Assembly (NCBI GenBank): GCA_964549075.1
Contig: CAZJUB010000003.1
Location: 1-64,000, forward strand
Origin: an uncultured archaeon
GTDB taxonomy: Archaea > Asgardarchaeota > Heimdallarchaeia > Heimdallarchaeales > Heimdallarchaeaceae
DNA length: 64,000 nucleotides
Reading direction: 5' to 3'
Shown: positions 37,632 through 47,028 of the stretch, piece by piece
Layout of the letters: every line of letters starts with the position of its first letter
How positions within the stretch are numbered: position 1 is the first letter of the stretch
Notes under the pieces: generated by a model
What the model was told of the DNA's origin: nothing
Database searches by the model: none
The model's input: the letters and a program-made list of their open reading frames with translations, nothing else
Made by a program: the position numbers and the translations under genes

Positions 37632-38336
37632 ATGTCTGATAAAGTGTTTCCTCTTATAATAGCTCATAGAGGTGCTTCCAAAGATGGATATCAAAATTCC
37701 ATAGAAGCATTTCAGCTAGCTGTTGATCAAAAAGCAGATATGATAGAACTAGATATACATCTTACAAAAGATAACCATTTTGTTGTTCACCATGATAATG
37801 ATTTGAATTATAAAGGTAATTCATATCCAATAAAATCTACAACTTTAGAAAAAATCCAATCTTTCAGATTACCAAACGATGAACCGATTCCCTTGTTCAA
37901 AGATGTGTTAGAGCGATTTCACAAATTAATTCGTTTTAATATTGAAATAAAGTGCAATATTCAACGAAATCAGTTTGATGACCTGCTCAAAGAAGTCGGT
38001 ATTAATACGTTTGAAACTGTCGTAAGTTCTTTCTTGCATGAGGTACATATGGAATTAAAAGAAACAGATTTAGAATACCAATTAGCCTATCTTTATTTCT
38101 TTCCAACTTCTCATAATAAACGTGCTGCAAAGAATGAGTTTATAGCTGCCATGAACCCATTTGCAGGATTTATGAGAAAGAAAGTGGTTAAATTTTATCA
38201 CAACTTAGGGAAGAAAGTTTATCCTTGGACAGTTGATGATGAAAAAACCATCAAACGTCTAGTATCATACAATGTTGATGGAATAATAACAAATAGACCA
38301 AAAGAAACTAGAAAATTCATAGAATCCATTATCTAG
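37632..38336 (+). CDS. Glycerophosphodiester phosphodiesterase
   Basis: IAHRGAS, ELDI, HD, NIEIK, WTVD and GIITN.P. Confidence 0.92.
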   Translation: MSDKVFPLIIAHRGASKDGYQNSIEAFQLAVDQKADMIELDIHLTKDNHFVVHHDNDLNYKGNSYPIKSTTLEKIQSFRLPNDEPIPLFKDVLERFHKLIRFNIEIKCNIQRNQFDDLLKEVGINTFETVVSSFLHEVHMELKETDLEYQLAYLYFFPTSHNKRAAKNEFIAAMNPFAGFMRKKVVKFYHNLGKKVYPWTVDDEKTIKRLVSYNVDGIITNRPKETRKFIESII

Positions 38337-38341
38337 TTTCT

Positions 38342-39067
38342 TTAATAATATTTTATTAAAGAGAAAGTATATTCTTGCCATTCAGCAATTTCATTAACTT
38401 TTTTCAATAACTCTTCACTAAGATTTTCTTCTACATTAAAAATCATGCTCACAATTTCAGGATTATACCCATTTTCTATGATTTTCTTGTAGTCAGTAGG
38501 TTCTTCTATTATTTCTAATTGAAAAACATCATTGCTAGAGACCATCAGTTCAATAATTTCAGGTTTGGGATCCTCCTGGACTTTATTATATATACCAACG
38601 AATTCTGTTTTTCTTTCCAACTCTTTACTCACACGAAGAATAGCAACATTATATCCCCCTTCATCTGTAAATAGAGGTATTAACCAAAAGGATTGGCTAG
38701 GTAAAGTGATTTCAACACTTGAACAGTTATTTTTTGCGACTAAATCCTCAACTTCATTAATAATCCCTTCTGCAATTTGATTATTCTGGTCTTCGGAACG
38801 AATAACAATCTCATCTATTGAAAGTATGACTGTAGTAGTCTTTTTTCCAGTGTCTTCATCTTCCTCTACTTCTTTTTCAATTAACCAAATAATATATCCA
38901 CAAATATGATTTCCATAGTTAATTAAGCTAAGTTTAGATTCTTTGTTTTCTAATGTCGCTTCTACAAACATTTCATTTGTCACTTGGTTTCCATAAAGTT
39001 CGTTAAGAAGAGTCTGCAGCTCTTGTGAACCAGTTGGGGATTTAAGTTCCTGAAACATTTCAATCAA
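38342..39067 (-). CDS. Hypothetical acidic protein with a GNAT-like N-terminal fold
   Basis: ICGYI..SIDEIVIRSEDQNNQIAEGII resembles GNAT motif A but lacks the glycines. Confidence 0.5.
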   Translation of the reverse strand: MIEMFQELKSPTGSQELQTLLNELYGNQVTNEMFVEATLENKESKLSLINYGNHICGYIIWLIEKEVEEDEDTGKKTTTVILSIDEIVIRSEDQNNQIAEGIINEVEDLVAKNNCSSVEITLPSQSFWLIPLFTDEGGYNVAILRVSKELERKTEFVGIYNKVQEDPKPEIIELMVSSNDVFQLEIIEEPTDYKKIIENGYNPEIVSMIFNVEENLSEELLKKVNEIAEWQEYTFSLIKYY

Positions 39068-39155
39068 TGTAATAGTTAGAACTAAATAAAATTATGCTTT
39101 TTAACTATAGAATATTAGTAGTATTAAATATAATAAAAAAGAAGAGAAAAAGAGA

Positions 39156-39581
39156 TTATGTTGCTGTTGGAGTAACTTCAGCTTGAGCATATATTGTTGA
39201 ATCTCCAGCTGTGAAATAGATGTTGATACTATACTTTACTCCACTTGTAAATGAACCAACAAATTCAATTTGTCCAATCTCTCCATTACCTATTCCTGTA
39301 CCTGTTGATGTTACTGGTGCAAGATACGCAATATCTGGAGATGTTGTAATCGTACCATTAAACGTAATATCTGCTGCTTGAGCTTGAACTGTTACGATAA
39401 TTGTGAAGTTACCATCTAATTCTTCTTCAAAACTGCTTCCAGTTACGAGTGCGGTTGGAGCAGGATTTAACATTGGTATCACAACAAGAAATACTATTGC
39501 TGCTGCTGCTGTTACCAGTGCAATCAGTAAAACTGTTGCGATGACTGGAGATACTCCTCGTTTTTTCATTTTTTTGTTCAC
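39156..39581 (-). CDS. Archaeal type IV pilin-like protein (class III signal peptide)
   Basis: KKRG|VSPVIATVLLIALV cleavage motif followed by a hydrophobic helix. Confidence 0.9.
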   Translation of the reverse strand: MNKKMKKRGVSPVIATVLLIALVTAAAAIVFLVVIPMLNPAPTALVTGSSFEEELDGNFTIIVTVQAQAADITFNGTITTSPDIAYLAPVTSTGTGIGNGEIGQIEFVGSFTSGVKYSINIYFTAGDSTIYAQAEVTPTAT

Positions 39582-39747
39582 CCTTAAAACTATAAGTAAT
39601 CAATTCAAGATTCCGAAAGATTACTTAAAAAAGTAGCGATAGTTTTTTCACATCACCTAATTGATAGTGAAAATACTGAAGGATTGAACATTAACAATCA
39701 TTTATGATTTGATTCTTGAACTTAGAAAGTTCTCTACCTTTGTTAGA

Positions 39748-39810
39748 TTATCGAAGTTCGAAACTCCATCTAAGTGGGTAAACCACATACCCTCCTACAC
39801 CGTAATCAGC
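39748..39810 (-). mobile_element. Relic of a tnpB 3' tail / omega-RNA-like region
   Basis: Reads ADYGVGGYVVYPLR, homologous to ADGVGGYVMYPRR in the tnpB relic at 45 kb; shares the GGGTA..TACCC hairpin (39776-39792). Confidence 0.65.
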
Positions 39811-39888
39811 TGTAGTATGAAATCTTGATCAATCTTGCCAACAAGAAATTTTGGGATAATTTTTGAAAGGGAAATTGACGAAGAACTT

Positions 39889-40140
39889 ATGTTAATAAGA
39901 ATAGGCATAGCAGCTCAGTTACAAGGAGTGTCAGCGAGTACACTAAGAAGATGGGAGAAAGACGGAAAAATGCTCCCCTACGGAAGGACAAGGGGAGGAC
40001 ACAGAAGATATAAACTCTCCCAGAGTGTAGAACAAAAACAGGGATGGAAAATAACGAGAATCTTCACCGATATCGCTTCAGGGATGAATACTTTAACCCT
40101 CATCATTCAATGTACAATAATTTACTATAAAAACTCCTAA
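39889..40140 (+). pseudogene. tnpA: IS607-family TnpA serine recombinase remnant
   Basis: MerR-like HTH (IGIAAQLQGVSASTLRRWE...RTRGGHRRY) joined directly to GWKITRIFTDIASGMN; the catalytic YARVS segment and the C-terminus are missing. Confidence 0.8.
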
Positions 40141-40215
40141 TTTCTATTCTCAATGTTTTAAAATTCCAAAATTCAAAAAATGTAATCATTTATATGTGTT
40201 GGTGTTCTTATAATA

Positions 40216-40920
40216 TTGAAGCAAATGGATACCCCTACTAATATAATTTTTAGGTCTTTAACTGCTATTTATGCAGGAACTATTAGTGGTGATTCTCTCT
40301 ATCCTGCTCTTTATTTTACTGAAACACAAAAACCAAGTACATACTATGGATTCAGACTTCAGGAAGTTATTCCTACTAGATTAATCCTTAGAATTTATAG
40401 TGAAGGAAAGAAAACTATTGCTGATTTACTATGGCTAGTAGATAATGCAAAAGTTCTTTCAAATAATCATGCTCATCTTATAGAAAAATCTAAAGAAATC
40501 CTAGTTGAAGGTGAGTCTAAGGAATACATCTCTCAAATAAAAAACGATGCTACAATATCTGCTTGTTATGAAGATTTGCTTTTTCTCCCTAATTTCTTCG
40601 ATTATGTAATCATCGGTACTCCTAATTGGGCACCAGATGAAATACTATCAAAAACAAAATTGAACATTAGAAACATTCCAACTAAGATTTATGCTTTTTC
40701 GAGAACTATCCTGAATACCAAAGAACTCGAAGATGAGCATTATCAAGATAAACTTATAAACAGTTATTTAGCAATGATTGATTTGGTTCATCGATTATTT
40801 GAGTTAATGTCTAAACAATCTCAAAAACTAAATGGTGATCTGGTTTTTTGTGTTAGATGTGGACAAGAACTCCCTTCTAGTTCTATTTATTGTCCTATCT
40901 GTGGTAGTAAACAAAATTAA
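40216..40920 (+). CDS. Hypothetical protein with C-terminal zinc ribbon
   Basis: FCVRCG...YCPICG. Confidence 0.7.
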   Translation: MKQMDTPTNIIFRSLTAIYAGTISGDSLYPALYFTETQKPSTYYGFRLQEVIPTRLILRIYSEGKKTIADLLWLVDNAKVLSNNHAHLIEKSKEILVEGESKEYISQIKNDATISACYEDLLFLPNFFDYVIIGTPNWAPDEILSKTKLNIRNIPTKIYAFSRTILNTKELEDEHYQDKLINSYLAMIDLVHRLFELMSKQSQKLNGDLVFCVRCGQELPSSSIYCPICGSKQN

Positions 40921-40922
40921 TC

Positions 40923-41264
40923 TTAAGTATGATATAGTATTTCTGCTCTTTCTATCAATTCTAGAGTGTCTGTTTGACCTGCTAAATCCCGAGCATTAGG
41001 TGAAAAATTGTTTGCTATAATGAAACCTCCACTCAAGTTTGAACGTTGGACTAATCTCTCTATGTGGATTATTTTATCAGTACCCACACTTCTCTTCCAA
41101 TCAAGAACCCAGACACCTACTAGAAGTTCTTTTATGATAATAAGAAAATCAATTGCATGTTTTGAAGGACCTTGAATTAAAGATAAGTCATGAGAGATGG
41201 AGCCAAAGTTTTTGAGGTATTCTAGAGATAGTTCAATGAGAGGTTTGTTTCGGTCAAAGCTCAT
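40923..41264 (-). CDS. Mrr-like restriction-endonuclease-fold protein, degenerate
   Basis: IDFL...DWKRSVG...GGFIIANNFSPNA pattern. Confidence 0.55.
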   Translation of the reverse strand: MSFDRNKPLIELSLEYLKNFGSISHDLSLIQGPSKHAIDFLIIIKELLVGVWVLDWKRSVGTDKIIHIERLVQRSNLSGGFIIANNFSPNARDLAGQTDTLELIERAEILYHT

Positions 41265-41317
41265 AAACCTCCAATAGACAATAGATATTAAAAACTTTGT
41301 ATGAATTATTTTATTTT

Positions 41318-41629
41318 CTATTCTACTAACACTTCAAGATTTTTGTCGTTAACTTGCAATATCCATTTTCCAGCATGAGGGAAAGTGATATTGACCTCTT
41401 TTATGAATTTCTTTGTCACTTGAGCAGCCATCACATTTGGATCTCTCTTTACCCAGATTTTGACGGAAATATTGTTTTTAGGATTATTTATATCTACACT
41501 TTCTCTTTGTACCTCCCAAGCTGGATCTGACAACATTCCTTCTATAAATAATGTTATCTCTTCTCCCTTTATTGGTGTTGAAGCAATATTAAGCTGTGTT
41601 ATATTCGCTAATTTCTGCAATTGTTTCAT
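41318..41629 (-). CDS. Small hypothetical beta-sandwich protein
   Basis: 103-aa ORF with ATG start; AAQV...GKWILQVN. Confidence 0.55.
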   Translation of the reverse strand: MKQLQKLANITQLNIASTPIKGEEITLFIEGMLSDPAWEVQRESVDINNPKNNISVKIWVKRDPNVMAAQVTKKFIKEVNITFPHAGKWILQVNDKNLEVLVE

Positions 41630-41722
41630 AGGTTATATTAGATATTATGGTTTTTAATCTTGCTGATTTTTTATGTACATTAAAAGAAAATATTTTTTAA
41701 CACCCCATGTGAGAGACATTTA

Positions 41723-42943
41723 ATGTCTGATGAAGAAGAAAGTGATACTTTTCAGAAAATTAAGAATTACCTGAAGAGACTTATTGCTGATATCGATACA
41801 AAAGAAGTGTTTTCTCTACTTATTTTTGCAATTATTATCTTCTTTGTTTTTAAGCTGATGTTTGGAGGAATCTTTGGAATCTCACTTGTTGTAATTGAAA
41901 ATGGACCTTGTCCAGCTTCCTCTATGTGTCCAACTTATGATAAAGGAGATATGTTTGTTATTAGTAAATCTTCTCCTGAAAAAATCGAGATGGGAGATGT
42001 TATAGTTTACGAATCTGCTAGTTCGTACGATCCTGGTAGACTCATAATACATAGAGTCATCAATATCACAATTATAGATGCGTCTTCTGGTCCTGAATAT
42101 TATTTTAGGGTGAGTGGAGATAATTATAATACTAATGATAATATAGATCATTATAATACATCTAATACACTTATCCCTTATGATGCTGTAAAAGGTAAAA
42201 CTATAATGGTAATCAGAAAAATCGGTTATCTACGACTTTGGTTATCAGATAATCCTTTTATCCGTAATATCCTTCTTGTTTTGGTAATTGGTGTAGGTGC
42301 TTATCTGATTCTTGCTCCTGAAAAGAAAACAGAAGAAGAGAAAGAAGCAGAAGAAAAAGAAAAAGCAGCAAAGAAGGAGAAGAGAGAAGCTCAAAAAAAT
42401 AAAGAATTCAAAGTGCGAGTGAAAGAATTCTCACTTAATTCTTGGAAAAATACAAAGAAGTGGTTTGTGGAGCTAATAACAGTCAAGAAAAAAAGAATAT
42501 ATCTAATTTCAATTACCTCTATAATACTTCTCATGGTTATCTTGATTCCTGTTATTGATCAGAGTATTAGGGTAGAAGGTGCGACTACCGGAATACATGG
42601 TATCTCTAGTTTACGGTTAGATGATCTTACTTACGCCTCTGAAGGTATTATATTCCTAGCTTATAATATCCATTATAGTGATGATGGTTCTTGGAATGAA
42701 GTTTTCAGATGCTTTTTAGTAGAAGGGATTCAAAATAATACGGTTATAGGTACGTTTAGGTGGAAAGCGTTATACCAACCTGAAGTAGACGGAATTTTAG
42801 GCGGATCAATGATCTTTGATATTAGCCAATTTAATGCGAGTATGAGTCTTACTCTAAAAATAACTTACAATATTATACACAGATTTGGTCCAGACCAAAT
42901 TGGTCTAGTCTATCAAGATACTTTTACAGCTTTAGATTGGTAA
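41723..42943 (+). CDS. Signal peptidase I (S26, archaeal/ER type) with C-terminal extension
   Basis: SSMCPTYDKGD, IIHRV and GDN motifs; extra TM and extracellular domain. Confidence 0.8.
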   Translation: MSDEEESDTFQKIKNYLKRLIADIDTKEVFSLLIFAIIIFFVFKLMFGGIFGISLVVIENGPCPASSMCPTYDKGDMFVISKSSPEKIEMGDVIVYESASSYDPGRLIIHRVINITIIDASSGPEYYFRVSGDNYNTNDNIDHYNTSNTLIPYDAVKGKTIMVIRKIGYLRLWLSDNPFIRNILLVLVIGVGAYLILAPEKKTEEEKEAEEKEKAAKKEKREAQKNKEFKVRVKEFSLNSWKNTKKWFVELITVKKKRIYLISITSIILLMVILIPVIDQSIRVEGATTGIHGISSLRLDDLTYASEGIIFLAYNIHYSDDGSWNEVFRCFLVEGIQNNTVIGTFRWKALYQPEVDGILGGSMIFDISQFNASMSLTLKITYNIIHRFGPDQIGLVYQDTFTALDW

Positions 42944-42967
42944 AAAATAGTTGTTATGTGAGAAACC

Positions 42968-43834
42968 TCACATAATTTCTTTCATTTTTCCTGCTATCTC
43001 ACCAGGAGTTCTAACTGTCGTTATACCAGCTTCACTCAGAATTCTCATTTTTTCTTTAGCAGTTCCAGATTTTCCATGAACAATGGCTCCAGCATGACCC
43101 ATCTGTTTTCCTGGAGGAGCAGTTTGTCCTGCTATAAATCCAAAAACGTGTTTGCTTATATCAGTTTTAACCAAATCAGCAGCTTCTTGTTCTCCAGTAC
43201 CACCAATCTCGCCAACTAAAACTATCGATTTTGTCTGTGGATCATCTTCAAACCATCTAAGACATTCATTAAAACCAATTCCTTTAATTGGATCTCCACC
43301 TAAACCTACACAAGTAGATTGACCAAAACCGTTAATGGATAAATTCTGAATGATTTCATAGGTTAGGGTACCACTCCGACTTACGATACCAACTTCTCCT
43401 TTATGACAGATTTCTCCAGGTATAATACCTATCTTTGATGCACCTGGCGTTATTAATCCTGGGCAATTGGGACCTACCATAAGAACATCATTTTCCAGTG
43501 CTCTCTGTCTGATTCTGGCTGTATCTTTAACAGGAACACCTTCTGTAATTACTGTCATGAGTTTGATTCCAGCATCAATTGCCTCTAAAGCTGCACCATA
43601 AGCAAATTTTGCTGGAATGAATATAACTGATGCAGTAGCTTGAGTAGCTTCAACAGCTTCTTTCACACTATCAAAGACTGGAACACCAAGATGTTCTTGA
43701 CCTCCCTTACCTGGAGTGACGCCAGCAACAACTTTTGTTCCATAGTCAATCATTGATCTTGCATGAAAAGTCCCTTGTTTTCCAGTTATTCCTTGAACAA
43801 TAACTTTTGTATTTTCATCTAATAGAATTGCCAT
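42968..43834 (-). CDS. sucD: Succinyl-CoA synthetase alpha subunit
   Basis: QGITG, GVTPGKGG, GPNCPG, SRSGTLTYE and MGHAGA. Confidence 0.97.
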   Translation of the reverse strand: MAILLDENTKVIVQGITGKQGTFHARSMIDYGTKVVAGVTPGKGGQEHLGVPVFDSVKEAVEATQATASVIFIPAKFAYGAALEAIDAGIKLMTVITEGVPVKDTARIRQRALENDVLMVGPNCPGLITPGASKIGIIPGEICHKGEVGIVSRSGTLTYEIIQNLSINGFGQSTCVGLGGDPIKGIGFNECLRWFEDDPQTKSIVLVGEIGGTGEQEAADLVKTDISKHVFGFIAGQTAPPGKQMGHAGAIVHGKSGTAKEKMRILSEAGITTVRTPGEIAGKMKEIM

Positions 43835-43835
43835 C

Positions 43836-44978
43836 TCAGTTCCCTCCTTTAACCAACTCAACTATGCGTTTTGCAGCAGGTTCCATTTTATTATAGGCAT
43901 TGATACCATTTTTTTCTAGTATTTGTATTCCTTCTTCATCGTTTGTTCCGACTAAACGTATAACCATAGGTACCTTAATCTCGAATTTTTTGGATGCATT
44001 AATGATACCATTAGCAACATCATCACATCTGGTAATTCCTGCGAAGAAATTAATGAAAATACCTTTTACATCATGTGTAGAGAGCATTTCCAATGATTTC
44101 TCTATCTTTGTTTCATCTGCACCACCACCTACATCCAAAAAGTTTGCTGGAGAACTTCCATAAAATTGTAGTAAATCACAAGTTGCCATAGAAAGTCCAG
44201 CACCTCCCGATATGATACCAATATCACCATCAAGTTGGACATAGCTTATACCCGCTTGCTCTGCTTCGTACTCTAAATCAGTGAGTCTATCTATTTGAGA
44301 TTTTAGATTAGCAATGTCAGGATGTCTATAGTACGCATTAGCATCTATTACAACCTTAGAATCTGCTGCAATAATTTGATTGTCTTTTGTGAGAATCAGG
44401 GGATTGATTTCGATTAGAGTCAGGTCTTTGTTTTGGGCCATTTTAAACATATTAGTCATAATATTTGTAAACGAAGTTAAAGTGTGAGTTTCGAATCCCA
44501 GTTTCTTCCCTAAGTCAATAAACATATAAGGTAAAGGCTCAATATAAACAGAAAAATGCTGTCTGAAGATTTCATCTGGATACTTCTCAGCAACTTCCTC
44601 GATATCTACCCCACCTCTTGGACTAGCTAGAATAAGATATTGACCGGATTCATTATCTAACAGCACAGAAAGATAGAATTCGTTGGTAATCTCAACAGGT
44701 TGTTCGAGCATTACAAGCTCAACAGGTTTTCCTCTATGGTCTCTGCCCAGAATACTTTGTATATACTCTTCAGCTTCAGAAGCTGTGACTTTTTTAATAA
44801 GTCCAGCTTTTCCTCTTCCGCCTGAAAGAGCCTGAGCTTTCGCCATGAATACATCACTACCAAGTTCTTCAACAAAAGCTTGAATGCTTTCTTTTCCAGA
44901 ATAAGCTTTGAATTTTGGAACTGGTATACCATTCTCTTTGAATAGTTGTTTGCCTTCAATTTCGTAAAGCATTGGCAT
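43836..44978 (-). CDS. sucC: Succinyl-CoA synthetase beta subunit
   Basis: KAQALSGGRGKAG, EINPL, GAGL, PANFLDVGGGA and GITRCD. Confidence 0.96.
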   Translation of the reverse strand: MPMLYEIEGKQLFKENGIPVPKFKAYSGKESIQAFVEELGSDVFMAKAQALSGGRGKAGLIKKVTASEAEEYIQSILGRDHRGKPVELVMLEQPVEITNEFYLSVLLDNESGQYLILASPRGGVDIEEVAEKYPDEIFRQHFSVYIEPLPYMFIDLGKKLGFETHTLTSFTNIMTNMFKMAQNKDLTLIEINPLILTKDNQIIAADSKVVIDANAYYRHPDIANLKSQIDRLTDLEYEAEQAGISYVQLDGDIGIISGGAGLSMATCDLLQFYGSSPANFLDVGGGADETKIEKSLEMLSTHDVKGIFINFFAGITRCDDVANGIINASKKFEIKVPMVIRLVGTNDEEGIQILEKNGINAYNKMEPAAKRIVELVKGGN

Positions 44979-45024
44979 GATGAGTCTTGTTTTCATGTAG
45001 GAATATAAATCTTACATTGTAACC

Positions 45025-45300
45025 TTATTTCGTAGCAAGTAAGCGTGTCATTCCTTGTGAGTCTACGCATACTCTACGGGGGTACATCACGTACCCTCCT
45101 ACCCCATCAGCACTTCGTGGAGGAAGTGCATTTGGATCGCTTTTGATTAAGATATTATATGCAGCATTAACATCAGAATTGATTTGAAATCCTAACTTAG
45201 AGGTGTATATTCCTCTCAGGGATTATTTTCCTTTATATTTTGCCCGATGTTGAAGGAATTCATTATCTAAGAAACTGCTTTTAGAAGTATGCGACTCATT
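45025..45300 (-). pseudogene. tnpB: TnpB (IS200/IS605/IS607 family) C-terminal remnant with structured 3' region
   Basis: Manual translation: NESHTSKSSFLDNE...YKGK*SLRGIYTSKLGFQINSDVNAAYNIL...; internal TAA at 45223-45225; N-terminus absent. Confidence 0.85.
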
Positions 45301-45417
45301 TGAAGACTAACTGGAATTGACGTGTTTTAAGGTCTTTGAAGTGAGCTTAGAATTTAGATAAAACTAAGTAATATTGGAAATAGAAAATAGAAGATTTAGA
45401 ATGGAGTAAAAGAGAAA

Positions 45418-45723
45418 TTACTTCTTAACCATTTCGACTCTTTTTGTTCTTGGATAAGAAAGAACCCATTTTTTACCACAATCAGGGCATGTCAATCTTA
45501 AATCGACTTTCTTAGAAGTTTTAGAAGCCATTTTGGTTTGAGTGACAGGACGCTTACTGAACCTACCTTGATTTCCATAACCTCTACGAGTACGTTTTTC
45601 TCGTCGAGCCATAGCACTCATACCACCTTTTCTTCGGGCAGATTTTTCTTGTTTAACTTTCATAGACTGGTGTTTCCCGCATTTAGGACAATATTTAAAC
45701 ATTTTTTCTGGTATTTTGACCAT
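45418..45723 (-). CDS. rpl44e: 50S ribosomal protein L44e (eL42)
   Basis: MVKIP...YCPKCGKH...GYGNQG...KTSKKVDLRLTCPDCGK. Confidence 0.92.
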   Translation of the reverse strand: MVKIPEKMFKYCPKCGKHQSMKVKQEKSARRKGGMSAMARREKRTRRGYGNQGRFSKRPVTQTKMASKTSKKVDLRLTCPDCGKKWVLSYPRTKRVEMVKK

Positions 45724-45785
45724 TTGTGTCACTCATCCTTTTCTTTGGTTAACGTTTTTATTTGTTTCCTTTTTTGAGAGTCAAT

Positions 45786-46100
45786 TTAGATCTCTCTTAA
45801 AGCTTGTATATCTCGTAATCTTTGAAGAGGAATAACTTGATATGTTTTATTAGGTTGCTCTCTTCGAATGCTTAAGGGTAGAACTTTTGCTCTTAATTCT
45901 AACTCAGAGATAACTAAAGGAGATTTGTTTTCTATATCCTCCATAGCTAACAGAATTGGAGCCCCCATACTGAGCTGTAGTGCTCGAGCACCTACAATTC
46001 TAGCACGTTCAAAACGAGTTAGTCTATCAGGACCAACTTTAACTTGTTTGGAAACAATTTCCCTTTGTTCCTCGCCTTCAATTGTATCAGGAGCCACCAT
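45786..46100 (-). CDS. rpoK: RNA polymerase subunit Rpo6 (K)
   Basis: [22 protein letters not shown]. Confidence 0.95.
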   Translation of the reverse strand: MVAPDTIEGEEQREIVSKQVKVGPDRLTRFERARIVGARALQLSMGAPILLAMEDIENKSPLVISELELRAKVLPLSIRREQPNKTYQVIPLQRLRDIQALREI

Positions 46101-46433
46101 ACATCACCAAAACACGCTAGATGTTACATCATCCAAGTTTTAATGCATCTTAAAAATATTTAGTTATTAGGGAGAAATATTGGTTAGTAAAACGATTTTA
46201 ATTAATAGCTTGCTTAAATAAAAAAGATGCACTATATCGAAATTTTTTTAATGCTGATAAAAAGCAAAAAAAACAAGCTAATCGGAATATAGAGATAAGA
46301 AAAAGATTTTTCCCTTTGCATATCTGGAAAAACTTTAATAAGAAAATAACTCCAAATTAAACAGATAAGCAACCGAGAATAAGACTTATAAAATAACCTC
46401 TAAATGTAAAATAATAAAACGGAATGTCAGCAT

Positions 46434-47000
46434 ATGAGCATGTTCGGATCCTTTTCCTCATGGTTGAGAGCGAAGCTGAAGCGAGAGCAGAAAGCTAAAA
46501 TATTGATACTTGGTCTCGATGCTGCCGGCAAGACCACTTTAACACGTTTTATGAGGTTTGGGAAGTTTGCTGAGAACCTTACTCCAACCATAGGACAAAA
46601 TATTGAAAGCTTCGAGTTTGAAGGATGGACAATTACTGCTATTGATGTGGCTGGTCAGTCCCATTTTAGGTTCCTATGGGAGGCTCACTATCCCGGTTGT
46701 AGTGCTGTTATTTTTGTTATAGATGCTGCTGACATCGAAAGATTACCTGAAGCAAGGGATGTTCTCAAAACTCATGTTTTTAATAATCCTTACATGGAAA
46801 ATGTTCCTACTTTGATTATGGCAAATAAACAAGATCTTCCTGGAGCCGTGGAAGCACCTTTGCTTATCCAAATGTTAGGATTACATTTAGATCTTAAAGA
46901 TCGAACTTTTGCTGTTTTTGATACAAGTATTCTTCATGGTAAAGGTATCAAAGAAGCTTTTATCTGGCTAGTAAATGAATTGGATACTCATTTACCTTAA
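46434..47000 (+). CDS. Arf/Arl-family small GTPase
   Basis: ILGLDAAGKTT, PTIG, DVAGQ...LW..HY, ANKQD and an amphipathic N-terminus. Confidence 0.92.
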   Translation: MSMFGSFSSWLRAKLKREQKAKILILGLDAAGKTTLTRFMRFGKFAENLTPTIGQNIESFEFEGWTITAIDVAGQSHFRFLWEAHYPGCSAVIFVIDAADIERLPEARDVLKTHVFNNPYMENVPTLIMANKQDLPGAVEAPLLIQMLGLHLDLKDRTFAVFDTSILHGKGIKEAFIWLVNELDTHLP

Positions 47001-47028
47001 TTAACTTGAATTAATCCTTATTATGAGA

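Noticed and set aside
45030-45130. tRNA, SRP or RNase P RNA explaining the GC-rich patch
   Set aside because: No cloverleaf or conserved motifs; better explained as the TnpB 3' tail.
39748-45300. One composite transposon bounded by the two TnpB relics
   Set aside because: The relics are diverged, and the enclosed genes (sucCD, signal peptidase) are housekeeping; independent insertions are simpler.
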